Shown here one piece after another: positions 38,964 to 47,721 of a stretch of 64,000 nt of DNA. This DNA comes from Sphingobacteriales bacterium (GTDB taxonomy: Bacteria; Bacteroidota; Bacteroidia; Chitinophagales; Chitinophagaceae). The translations under genes were made by a program, and so were the position numbers. The stretch covers positions 198,746-262,745 of the forward strand of contig SEFP01000004.1 of NCBI GenBank assembly GCA_004144185.1, written 5' to 3'. The notes below the pieces were generated by a model. It ran no database searches. It was given only the letters and a program-made list of their open reading frames with translations, and had not been told where the DNA came from. Within the stretch, counting starts at the first letter, position 1, and every line of letters starts with the position of its first letter.

Positions 38964-39027
38964 TTTTGTTAAAGTATACTTCTCCTGACAGACGTTGTCT
39001 GCCTGCTCCGTGAAAACGAAAAATATT

Positions 39028-42000
39028 ATGAGAAAAATCCTACTTATCAAAGTAATCACTGCCATTCTACTAGTGTGTACCGTGCCTGGCATTGAGGCAG
39101 ACGCACAGATTTCCCAAACCAACGCTACAGGATCTTTTAGCACGCAGCCTAGTTCTACTTTTACCGGGGCGGGAGAATGGATTTTTTTTTACACGGGTGG
39201 TCTTAGTCAGTGCAGCTTGGTTACCGGGACTTGGATTATTGGAAGAGCAGGCAATCAGAACCCTGTAACCCCCGCCACCTGGAGCACCGTAACCCAAGCT
39301 TACCTGGGAAATACGCTTGGTGGGGCTATTACGGTTTCTTTTAATTGCTATCATACTGGTGGGAATGATGCGACTCTGGATCTTTTCTACGGACCTACAA
39401 CGAACGGTCCCTGGACAACCATACCGGATATCCTTTCCAACGTTGGTTCCTGTGCAAACGTAACCGTACCCAGTTTTAGCGCTCCTGAACCCGGCCCCCT
39501 CTATGTACGCTTCCGCTTCCGACCAACCTACACGTATGCGACTTCCAATTCATCTTTGGAATTGGGCAATATTTCTGTAGTCGAAGCGCCTCTGCCCGCT
39601 TGCAGTGGTCTGCCCACTGCTGGCACTACAATATCCTCCCTTCCGGCTGGCTGTGGCAATGCTGCCATTCCTCTCCGGGTAAGCCCCAGCCCTAATGTGG
39701 CCGGTATTTCCTATCAATGGCAAAAGTCTGCCAATAACAGCACTTGGGTAGATATTACCGGGGCTACCACCAAATACACGTCTGTAACGCAGACGGCCGC
39801 AACCTATTACCGCCGAAAGAGTACCTGTTCGAATAGCGGGCAGACGGCCTATTCTACCGCTGTGCTGGTTACACAAGCCAATCCGGCGCTTCCCTGCTAC
39901 TGTATATCGGGGTCCACAACCGGGCTGGGTAGTCAAATTACCAATCTCACGCTAGGGACTGTTAACAACTCCTCTACATCAACTATCAGTAACGACAGTG
40001 TGGCAATTAGTGGTTCCCAGGGCATTGCCACCGGCAACACGAGTAGATACCTCGATTGGACCGGCAGCACTGTACCCATACCGAACCTGCCCCGGGGATT
40101 ACCGCAGGCATTTTCAGTGAGCCTGGCCGCTTATAATCCGATGACTGCCTTTTTGAAGATATATATTGACTACAACCAGGATGGAGATCTGCTGGACCCG
40201 AACGAATTGGTATATTCCGGTACTCCCAACCTCCTGCCGACTGGTACTGCAACCGGTACCATTACCGTACCGGCAGCGGCGCTGTTGGGAAATACGCTGA
40301 TGCGAATTGTTTCCAATGACACGGCCAGTTCTCTCAGCACGGTAACGCCCTGCAATACCTTTGAGCGGGGGGAAACACATGACTACCGGGTAAATATCAT
40401 GGGCGGCCCGGCCTGTTTCGGTACGCCGGATGTTGCAGTCGTTGCAGGTCCGGCTGATGCCTGCCCGAATCAAGCGTTTGCACTCACAGCAAGCAATTTA
40501 GACCCGTACGGTTTTCCCGGATTGTCGTACCAATGGCAGTCTTCTGCCGCAGGTGCCAATATATGGACCGATTTGCAAGGAGATACTGTACGCACGGGCG
40601 TTTCGTTTCCTACCGGTAAAACCCTTGCTAAAGATTACCGGCTAAAGGTAACCTGCGCCACTAGCGGGCTGTCGTCCTATTCGAATGTCTTCCCGGTTGG
40701 ATTGGGCGTTGGTACCTGCTTCTGCACTGCTGCCATCACCAATGCCTCTGGCTGTCAACGGTGGATCAGCAGCGTAGCCACCACAGGAGCAGTCACAAAC
40801 ATGACCAACCCCAGCGCCTGTACAGCGGGTGGATTTGCAGATTATACAATCTCCGTAACCGGTCCGACGCAGTACCGCGATTACCCGCTGAACCTAAACC
40901 TGACCTCGGCCAACAGCAGCACTGCTTGGAGTATTTACGTAGATTACGATAACGATGGTGCTTTTGCTAGCAATGAGCTGATGTACCAGAACAGTAATAC
41001 AACCGGCGGCACTACAATAGCTGCTTCCTTCGTGATACCACTGACAGCTCCGCTCGGCGTCCACCGGATGCGTATCCGGGCCGATTCCGGCGCAACGGCT
41101 GCTACCGCCTGTACGGCTACGGTATCCGGCGAGACAGAGGATTATATGCTGACCGTAGTGGAAAAGCCGGTATGTACCGGCACACCGGTCCCCGCCACCC
41201 TAATCACCACCCAGCCGTATATCTATTGCGGACCTTTTCCGGATAAGCCCATGACCCTCACTGGTGGTACGCCTACCGGCACCGGCGGGTTTACCGGAAT
41301 CATTACAACCTGGGAAAAATCGTATGATTCGGCTTTCAGCGTCATTATCCCCGCCTATTCTATAATCGGACAAAACCAATCCGCCTATTACCGGGCAAAG
41401 CAAACCTGCGCTACTTCCGGTCAGTCTGCCTATTCCTCCACCATTCTGGTGGCCAATCATGCGCCAACCGCAATTAATATCTCGCCAGCTTCCCCAGCAG
41501 TCTGCGCCGGCTCCGGCGGCACGGTGCTCTCCGCCAGTGTTAACGTTGGCCCTGGTGGTCCTGCGCTTTCCTATGCCTGGACCGCGAATAGCTACTCGGC
41601 CTGCAATAATTGCATCAGCTGCACTAACTGCAACAGCACAACCGTGAATCCGGCGGCCTCTACCACCTTTAACGTAAGTATATCGGGAGGTGGTTGCCCC
41701 GGCACCCTTCTCGTATCCCGGAATGTTACCGTTAACCCTACCCCTACGGTCCTGTCCGCAATTGCTCCTGCGGCCGCCTGTTCCGGTCAGGCCATTACTT
41801 TAACCGGGGGTGCGGATACGCCCGGTATCTACAGTGGTTTTGCGGGACCGTTTGCGCCGTCTAAGTGGAATTTCTCGCAGACGACCTCTAACGGTAAAAT
41901 AATTACTTCCGGAGCACCCAATACTGTTGTATTTATTAGCTCCGACAGCACTGCACTGGCACCCGATGGCGGAAGCGATGACTGGACTATCAACATTCCC

Positions 42001-43905
42001 AATGCCGGAAACATAACCTTCAATTGGGCCTATTCCACCAACGACAGTGCCGGGAACGACTTTGTGCGGTATATTGTAAACGGAGGTACTCCTACAAATC
42101 TTCCCGGCTTCTCGAACAGTGGTTCTAAAACCCAGTCGGGTACCGCCACGATAGCCGTGCCGGCGAACTCATCTTTCACCCTCCGGGGCCGGAGCCGTAC
42201 CAACACCGGCGGCTCATCCACCACCACCATCAGCAACTTTTCGGCACCCGGCGGATTGGCAAGTACTGTGGCCTGGTACGCTGCTCCTACGGGCGGTAGT
42301 CCGCTGGCAAATCCGGTTACGACAGGCGCGCCTGGTACCTACACCTACTACGCCCAGGCTGTGACTGCGGCGGGCTGCGGAAGTGGTTCCCGTATACCAT
42401 CCAACCCGATGACTGTACATGGTGCCGGCTGGTGGACCGGCGCAGCAGACAGCAACTGGAACACGGCCGGCAACTGGTGCGGCGGCATCCCAACCATTAC
42501 TTCCAACCTGGTGATTCCCGGTGCCACCACGGTGCCCAACATGCCGGTGCTCAATGCTGTCGGTTCTGTAAACAATCTGGAGCTGCAAACCGGTGCCTCG
42601 CTTAAGGTATCGGGCACCGGAACGCTCAACCTGTATGGCAGCCTCACCGGCAATGGTACATTCAATGCAGATGCTGCAACCGTAAATCTTGCCGGAACCT
42701 TTCCGCAATCCGTTCCTGTAATGGCAGCGGTGGGCACCCTGTCTGTGAACGGCGGATCTGTAAAAACGCTTTCCGGAAATATTCGTGTCAACACCGCTCT
42801 GAATTTTACCAATGGCATGGTAGATGTAGGCAGCAATACGCTCACGCTGGCGCCCGCGGCCACTGTCACCGGTGCATCTGCCGCTAGTTACATACGCACG
42901 TCGGCTGCCGGCGGTCGTCTCCGGCAGGGCGTGAGTTCCACACCGGTTGTGTTTCCGGTGGGCAATACCACTTATAATCCGGTAATACTCACCAACAGCG
43001 GAACTGCAGATATGTTTGCCGTAGGCGTGCGCAATGAGGTGCTGCTAAACGGAACCACCGGAATCCAGGTAGACCCGCTCAACGCCCAAGTGGTAAACCG
43101 CACCTGGGATGTGGAAGAGCAAACGCCGGGTGGCTCTAACGTAACGATGAAGCTGCAATGGAATGCCGGGGAGACCAACACGCCGCTCTTCGATTACAAC
43201 CATGTTCAGGTAGCGCACTACACCGGAGGCAGCTATAAGCTTGACTCTGCCTATGCGAACCCGAGTCTGGCACCGGCAGCGCTCGGCTATCCCGGTGCTG
43301 GGCCTTACACGGCCACCCGCAGTGGTATCCTGTCGTTTTCGCCCTTCACGGTAACATCATCTTCTATAAGCTCCACAATGCTGCCGGTAACCCTGTTGGC
43401 GTTCCGTGCCCTAAATGAGGGAAGCCGCAACAAAGTAGCGTGGGAAACAGCCGGCGAAGCAGAAATCAGCAGCTATGGGGTAGAGCGTTCCGCAGACGGG
43501 GCGGTCTTCAGCAGCATTGAAGAAATCCCTTCAAAGGGTACTTCCGGAAACTATGTGAGCTATGACCCTCATCCTAAATCTGGTCTTACCTATTACCGGC
43601 TTAAGATCAGGGCAACAGATGGCAGCCAGCGCTATTCCCAAACGGTAAGTGCTTTCCTGAAAAGCAGCGGAACCATAGAAATGACGGTGCAGCCGAATCC
43701 GGCACGGGATGTGCTGACGGTTAATTTATACGGCATACAGGATGGCTTGGTACAGGTAACCGATTTAATCGGGCGTGTAGTAACTACGGTTGCGGTGTCT
43801 GGCAGTGTGGCTCCAGTTGACGTAAGTGGGCTTGCAGCGGGTACTTATTTTATCCGCTACATAAATGGCCCTGTCACCAAGACAAGCACCGTTACAAAGC
43901 AATAG
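39028..43905 (+). CDS. Giant secreted adhesin-like protein (1,625 aa) with GEVED domains, Ig-like modules and T9SS C-terminal domain
   Basis: The ATG at 39028 gives a signal peptide (MRKILLIKVITAILLVCTVPGIEADAQ). There are two GEVED signatures (GETHDYRVNI, GETEDYMLTV) and three modules of the type SYQWQ...YYR.K.TC..SG. The C-terminus is TVQPNPARDVLTVNL...GTYFIRY. Confidence 0.8.
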   Translation: MRKILLIKVITAILLVCTVPGIEADAQISQTNATGSFSTQPSSTFTGAGEWIFFYTGGLSQCSLVTGTWIIGRAGNQNPVTPATWSTVTQAYLGNTLGGAITVSFNCYHTGGNDATLDLFYGPTTNGPWTTIPDILSNVGSCANVTVPSFSAPEPGPLYVRFRFRPTYTYATSNSSLELGNISVVEAPLPACSGLPTAGTTISSLPAGCGNAAIPLRVSPSPNVAGISYQWQKSANNSTWVDITGATTKYTSVTQTAATYYRRKSTCSNSGQTAYSTAVLVTQANPALPCYCISGSTTGLGSQITNLTLGTVNNSSTSTISNDSVAISGSQGIATGNTSRYLDWTGSTVPIPNLPRGLPQAFSVSLAAYNPMTAFLKIYIDYNQDGDLLDPNELVYSGTPNLLPTGTATGTITVPAAALLGNTLMRIVSNDTASSLSTVTPCNTFERGETHDYRVNIMGGPACFGTPDVAVVAGPADACPNQAFALTASNLDPYGFPGLSYQWQSSAAGANIWTDLQGDTVRTGVSFPTGKTLAKDYRLKVTCATSGLSSYSNVFPVGLGVGTCFCTAAITNASGCQRWISSVATTGAVTNMTNPSACTAGGFADYTISVTGPTQYRDYPLNLNLTSANSSTAWSIYVDYDNDGAFASNELMYQNSNTTGGTTIAASFVIPLTAPLGVHRMRIRADSGATAATACTATVSGETEDYMLTVVEKPVCTGTPVPATLITTQPYIYCGPFPDKPMTLTGGTPTGTGGFTGIITTWEKSYDSAFSVIIPAYSIIGQNQSAYYRAKQTCATSGQSAYSSTILVANHAPTAINISPASPAVCAGSGGTVLSASVNVGPGGPALSYAWTANSYSACNNCISCTNCNSTTVNPAASTTFNVSISGGGCPGTLLVSRNVTVNPTPTVLSAIAPAAACSGQAITLTGGADTPGIYSGFAGPFAPSKWNFSQTTSNGKIITSGAPNTVVFISSDSTALAPDGGSDDWTINIPNAGNITFNWAYSTNDSAGNDFVRYIVNGGTPTNLPGFSNSGSKTQSGTATIAVPANSSFTLRGRSRTNTGGSSTTTISNFSAPGGLASTVAWYAAPTGGSPLANPVTTGAPGTYTYYAQAVTAAGCGSGSRIPSNPMTVHGAGWWTGAADSNWNTAGNWCGGIPTITSNLVIPGATTVPNMPVLNAVGSVNNLELQTGASLKVSGTGTLNLYGSLTGNGTFNADAATVNLAGTFPQSVPVMAAVGTLSVNGGSVKTLSGNIRVNTALNFTNGMVDVGSNTLTLAPAATVTGASAASYIRTSAAGGRLRQGVSSTPVVFPVGNTTYNPVILTNSGTADMFAVGVRNEVLLNGTTGIQVDPLNAQVVNRTWDVEEQTPGGSNVTMKLQWNAGETNTPLFDYNHVQVAHYTGGSYKLDSAYANPSLAPAALGYPGAGPYTATRSGILSFSPFTVTSSSISSTMLPVTLLAFRALNEGSRNKVAWETAGEAEISSYGVERSADGAVFSSIEEIPSKGTSGNYVSYDPHPKSGLTYYRLKIRATDGSQRYSQTVSAFLKSSGTIEMTVQPNPARDVLTVNLYGIQDGLVQVTDLIGRVVTTVAVSGSVAPVDVSGLAAGTYFIRYINGPVTKTSTVTKQ

Positions 43906-43929
43906 CTGACTCCTGATTAGCTTAAAAAC

Positions 43930-43962
43930 GCCAGCCCGTCCCTTAAATAAGGGCGGGCTGGC
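43930..43962 (+). terminator. Stem-loop downstream of the giant gene
   Basis: 12-bp stem GCCAGCCCGTCC/GGGCGGGCTGGC (one G-U pair), 25 nt after the stop. There is no clear U-tract. Confidence 0.5.
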
Positions 43963-44335
43963 TGCTGTTGGCAGCCCCATCAAAAAAACAGCTTTCGCAT
44001 GAATGCTTGTAGTGTATTAATCCTGTTGTTAACTCAACAAATCCTTTCATACATATACCCCTTTCTATCTGCCGTATTTACACGAAAAAGGCACCGGACC
44101 ATCAGAATAGGAGCGTACCTGCTGGTTTACCCTGCCTATGGATTTGCGCATCACAGTGTCTCTTTAGACAGTGCTTAACCATTGGCACTCTGTCGGATAA
44201 ATCTGATTCCGGAAAACTGTTTTAATAGCTCTTTACACCAAGACAGCACCTAACCCTGTAACTGTCATTTTCTGGGTTATCTCGGTCTTCAGCTCCATAA
44301 TAGTTCTAAAACCTTGCTACGCAAAAAAATGACAT

Positions 44336-44367
44336 AAAAAAACCGCGTTCCTGTAAGAACGCGGTTT
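44336..44367 (-). terminator. Rho-independent terminator after tRNA-Arg
   Basis: On the minus strand, an 11-bp stem AAACCGCGTTC/GAACGCGGTTT is followed by a T-run. Confidence 0.75.
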
Positions 44368-44374
44368 GTGCATT

Positions 44375-44449
44375 TGGTGGTCTCGCGTGGAATCGAACCA
44401 CGATCTGGAGCTTCGGAAACTCTTATACTATCCGTTGTACTACGAGACC
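44375..44449 (-). tRNA. tRNA-Arg (anticodon CCG)
   Basis: Manual cloverleaf: acceptor GGTCTCG/CGAGACC, T-arm CGTGG-TTCGATT-CCACG, anticodon loop TT-CCG-AA, encoded CCA, 75 nt. Confidence 0.85.
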
Positions 44450-44490
44450 TGAAAAGAGCGCCGGTTTGACTGCTATTCAAACCGGAACAT

Positions 44491-44518
44491 TAAAAAAGGC
44501 AACCCGGAAGTTGCCTTT
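44491..44518 (-). terminator. Rho-independent terminator after tRNA-Glu
   Basis: The minus strand reads AAAGGCAAC-TTCCGG-GTTGCCTTT followed by TTT. Confidence 0.75.
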
Positions 44519-44522
44519 AGTC

Positions 44523-44597
44523 TGGTACGGCGTACGGGAATCGAACCCGTCATTCATCCGTGAAAGGGATGCGTCTTAACCGATTGACCAACGCCGC
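44523..44597 (-). tRNA. tRNA-Glu (anticodon UUC)
   Basis: Acceptor GCGGCGT/ACGCCGT (G1-U72 wobble), T-arm ACGGG-TTCGATT-CCCGT, anticodon arm CATCC-CTTTCAC-GGATG, encoded CCA, 75 nt. Confidence 0.85.
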
Positions 44598-44659
44598 ATT
44601 TCCCGTTTGGGAGTGCAAATATAAGCAACGAACTTAAATCTCCAACTCCTTTCGAAAAA

Positions 44660-45433
44660 TTATTTTGACGTTGTCTTCGCGGCTTCAATAATGCCGTTAA
44701 AATCAGCTGCTTTCAACGCTGCACCGCCAATTAATCCGCCATCCACATCGGGCTGCGCAAACAACTCCGGCGCGTTCGAAGGCTTGGCACTGCCGCCATA
44801 CAGAATGCGAACCTGATCTGCTACTGTTGTGCCCAGCGCATCGGCAATGGTTTTCCGGATGTGCGCGTGCATATCCTGGGCCTGCTCCGCCGTAGCGGTC
44901 CGACCGGTGCCAATCGCCCAGATAGGTTCATAGGCAATCACCAGCTGGTTCCAGTCGGCTTCCGGAAGGGTCAGTACCGTCTCCCGCAGTTGCTGCGCAA
45001 TATGATCATTCTGCTGGTCTGCATCGCGGATCTCCAGCGGTTCGCCGCAACAAAAGATCACCTTTAGGCCGGCTGCCAGCGCTGCTTTGGTTTTGGCCAG
45101 TAACAAATCACTGTTTTCCTGTTGATACTCCCGGCGTTCGCTGTGGCCCAGGATCACCCAAGTGCAACCGACATCTTTCAGCATCTGCGGACTGACCTCA
45201 CCAGTATAGGCACCGGATGCTTCAGCATGGCAGTTCTGAGCGGCCAGTTCTACCCCAGGCGTTCCGGAAAGCGCGTCCCAAACCTCGCTCAGGTATACAA
45301 AAGGAGGCGCTACAATCACGGTTACGCCATCGGCGGACTGAATGCCTTCGATCAGCGGAGCGTTCTCGGAACGGGAGCCATTCATTTTCCAGTTGCCGGC
45401 TACGATTTTTTTGCGGTTCATCAGGGTCTTCAA
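44660..45433 (-). CDS. tpiA: Triosephosphate isomerase
   Basis: KIVAGNWKMNG, ILGHSERR and AYEPIWAIGTG motifs. Confidence 0.95.
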   Translation of the reverse strand: MKTLMNRKKIVAGNWKMNGSRSENAPLIEGIQSADGVTVIVAPPFVYLSEVWDALSGTPGVELAAQNCHAEASGAYTGEVSPQMLKDVGCTWVILGHSERREYQQENSDLLLAKTKAALAAGLKVIFCCGEPLEIRDADQQNDHIAQQLRETVLTLPEADWNQLVIAYEPIWAIGTGRTATAEQAQDMHAHIRKTIADALGTTVADQVRILYGGSAKPSNAPELFAQPDVDGGLIGGAALKAADFNGIIEAAKTTSK

Positions 45434-45463
45434 AAGTCTTTTAAAGTTGAATACAGAATAGGG

Positions 45464-46702
45464 TTACTCAGCTGCCGCACTCACCTTGCTATGATGGGTC
45501 GCGCGCTGGGCAGCGGTGTCGTCAAAAATAGCCTTCAAAATGGCTTTCTCAGCATCTGAAAGGGTTTTGCCACGCCGGGCCATCATCCGGGACGCGGTAT
45601 CCAGCGCCTTATCCAGCGTATAGGTCTTGAGTCCGGAGGCACCGCCCCAGCTAAACGAAGGCAGATAGGCCGGTGGAAACTCGCCGCCATAAATATTGCA
45701 CGAGACTCCAATTACGGTACCGGTATTGAACATCGTATTAATGCCGCACTTGGAATGATCGCCCATCAGCAGCCCGCAGAAGGTACGGCCGGTCGACAGC
45801 CTTTTGTCGGTGGCGTCGTCGTGGATCTTGATCAGATCGTAGTTATTTTTCAGGTTGGAAGCGTTGGTATCGGCTCCGATATTGCACCATTCGCCGATCA
45901 CACAGTTGCCTACAAAGCCGTCGTGTCCCTTGTTACTGTTGGCAAAAAACACGGCATTGCTGACCTCACCGCCTACTTTGCAACCCGGACCGATCACGGT
46001 ATCGCCGTAAATTTTGGCGCCCATCTTGATGGTAGCCCCTTCGCCCAGCGCCATCGGTCCGCGCACAATAGCCCCGTCCATAATCTCAGCGTTTTTACCA
46101 ATATAGATCGGCCCGTCACCGGCATTCAGCAATACGCCCAGACCGATCTGGGCACCTTCTTCGACGAAAATCTGCTCGGTTTTTTTCGTCACCACACCGG
46201 CCGGAAGCAGGGTAGAGCTACGCTTATGAGTCAGCAGGTCAAAATCATGGCGGATATACGGTCCGTTGAGCAAAAAAATATCCCAGGAACGGTTCAATAG
46301 CTGTGCGGTTCCGTCAAAAATGGTTTCCCCAAGTCCGGTCGTTTGCTGGCGAAACGCTCCGATTGTTTCCGGAACATTCAGCAACCGGGCAGCCAGCAAC
46401 ACACCGGCGGTATCCCGGAGCAACTGACCTACCTGAAGGGTCGTCATCGCGGCCACCAGCTCCGGCGTTGCCAGCAACCGGCTGTTGATATACAAGCCGG
46501 TATTACCGGAGACGACTGGCTGCGGATAAAGGGGCTGCAACAGGTTGGTCGTCAGGGTTCCGGAAGCATGTATATTCAGGTAGGCTTCCCAGCGCTCCCG
46601 CAGGGTCAGAATCCCGCAGCGGATATCGGCGGCACTACGGGTACGGGTAAACGGATACAGCTGGGACTCCAGCCCATCGTTAAAGAAAGTAAGGGATGTC
46701 AT
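45464..46702 (-). CDS. GlmU-like sugar-phosphate nucleotidyltransferase with left-handed beta-helix domain
   Basis: 412 aa. The C-terminal half has hexapeptide-repeat character (IGKNAEIMDGAIV...IGPGCKVGGEV...IGEWCNIGA). The substrate is unknown. Confidence 0.6.
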   Translation of the reverse strand: MTSLTFFNDGLESQLYPFTRTRSAADIRCGILTLRERWEAYLNIHASGTLTTNLLQPLYPQPVVSGNTGLYINSRLLATPELVAAMTTLQVGQLLRDTAGVLLAARLLNVPETIGAFRQQTTGLGETIFDGTAQLLNRSWDIFLLNGPYIRHDFDLLTHKRSSTLLPAGVVTKKTEQIFVEEGAQIGLGVLLNAGDGPIYIGKNAEIMDGAIVRGPMALGEGATIKMGAKIYGDTVIGPGCKVGGEVSNAVFFANSNKGHDGFVGNCVIGEWCNIGADTNASNLKNNYDLIKIHDDATDKRLSTGRTFCGLLMGDHSKCGINTMFNTGTVIGVSCNIYGGEFPPAYLPSFSWGGASGLKTYTLDKALDTASRMMARRGKTLSDAEKAILKAIFDDTAAQRATHHSKVSAAAE

Positions 46703-46775
46703 AGTAGGATACGAATATGCACAAAAAAACGCAGCCGGAGCTGCGTTCGAAATACATGCAGGTGTTGAAAAAAAC

Positions 46776-47027
46776 TTAAGCTTTTTTCGCGTACCGCTTT
46801 TTAAACTTGTCGATACGACCGGCGGTATCCACCAGTACGTTCTTACCCGTGTAAAACGGATGGCTTTGATGCGAAATCTCCACTTTTACCAATGGATATT
46901 CTTTGCCGTCTTCCCACATGATGGTTTCACGGGTAGGGGTTGTCGAGCGCGTCATGAACGTATACTCGTTCGACATGTCTTTGAATACGACGTTGCGGTA
47001 TTCTTTTGGGTGGAGGTCTTGTTTCAT
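46776..47027 (-). CDS. rpmE: 50S ribosomal protein L31, type B (no CxxC zinc motif)
   Basis: [10 protein letters not shown]...SHPFYTGK...RIDKFKKRY. The zinc-ribbon cysteines are lacking. Confidence 0.9.
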   Translation of the reverse strand: MKQDLHPKEYRNVVFKDMSNEYTFMTRSTTPTRETIMWEDGKEYPLVKVEISHQSHPFYTGKNVLVDTAGRIDKFKKRYAKKA

Positions 47028-47147
47028 CAGAAAAAGAGTAGTGCACGGATTTTGCCGTGCTGTTTTCTTAAGGGCTGCAAAGATATGGATCCAAACAGAT
47101 ACACCGGTGAGAAAGATTCCACCAGTGTATCTGTTTAGAGCGCTGGG

Positions 47148-47681
47148 TTACTTGGCCAGTTTCTGCAAATCTGGTTCAGCTTCCTCAGCAGTCATGTATT
47201 TACCAACGATTTTTCCTTTCGGATCCAGCAGGAAGGCCTGCGGGATAAACGCTACGCCATAGGCTTCTGCGGGCTTCGACTGCCATCCACCCAGATCGCT
47301 TACGTGATTCGGCCAGGACAATTTGTCGTCAGCAATCGCTTTTTTCCAGGCGTCTGCGCTTTTGTCCAGCGACACGCTGTAGATTTCAAACGGCTTGGTG
47401 GCGTTTTTAAGTTTTTTCTGCGAATACGTCTGGTACAACTTTACCAGATTCGGGTTGGCACGGCGGCAGGGTCCACACCAGGACGCCCAGAAATCCACCA
47501 GTACATACCGGCCTTTGTTGAGTTCGGAGAGTTTTACTTCTTTGCCATCCGGCGTTTTGTAAGCAAGGTCGGGCGCCTGCATGCCTGTTTTGATAGCGGT
47601 ATTTTCATACTGCGCATGAGCAACAGTGGTGGCTGCTGTAAGGCTGCACACAACAGCCAGAGCGGTCAGGATTTTTTTCAT
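47148..47681 (-). CDS. TlpA-family thiol-disulfide oxidoreductase
   Basis: The ATG at 47681 gives a signal peptide. WASWCGPC is a thioredoxin active site. Confidence 0.85.
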   Translation of the reverse strand: MKKILTALAVVCSLTAATTVAHAQYENTAIKTGMQAPDLAYKTPDGKEVKLSELNKGRYVLVDFWASWCGPCRRANPNLVKLYQTYSQKKLKNATKPFEIYSVSLDKSADAWKKAIADDKLSWPNHVSDLGGWQSKPAEAYGVAFIPQAFLLDPKGKIVGKYMTAEEAEPDLQKLAK

Positions 47682-47721
47682 GGAGAATTCCGGAAGAATT
47701 GAAGTCATAAATATAAACGGT

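Noticed and set aside
38787-39143. A 118-aa minus-strand ORF containing the repeated peptide KWMNG/KLMNG/KWMNP.
   Set aside because: The peptide repeat is simply the translation of the 21-bp DNA direct repeats in an AT-rich intergenic region. The ORF also overlaps the start of the giant plus-strand gene. I treat it as non-coding regulatory DNA.
43906-44660. A genomic island integrated at the tRNA-Arg/tRNA-Glu genes.
   Set aside because: I found no integrase, excisionase or transposase gene. I also saw no duplicated tRNA 3' segment (att-like direct repeat) on the far side of the adhesin block. Only the compositional hint, the TTCCGGAA desert, remains, and it is reported separately.
47042-47136. 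Hairpins upstream of the L31 type B gene as a ribosomal-protein leader or Zur operator.
   Set aside because: The 12-bp inverted repeat AAACAGATACAC...GTGTATCTGTTT (47093-47136) is best explained as the terminator of the upstream TlpA-like gene. The small GCACGG/CCGTGC hairpin (47042-47060) is too short to call. I know of no Bacteroidota Zur-box consensus to compare it with.
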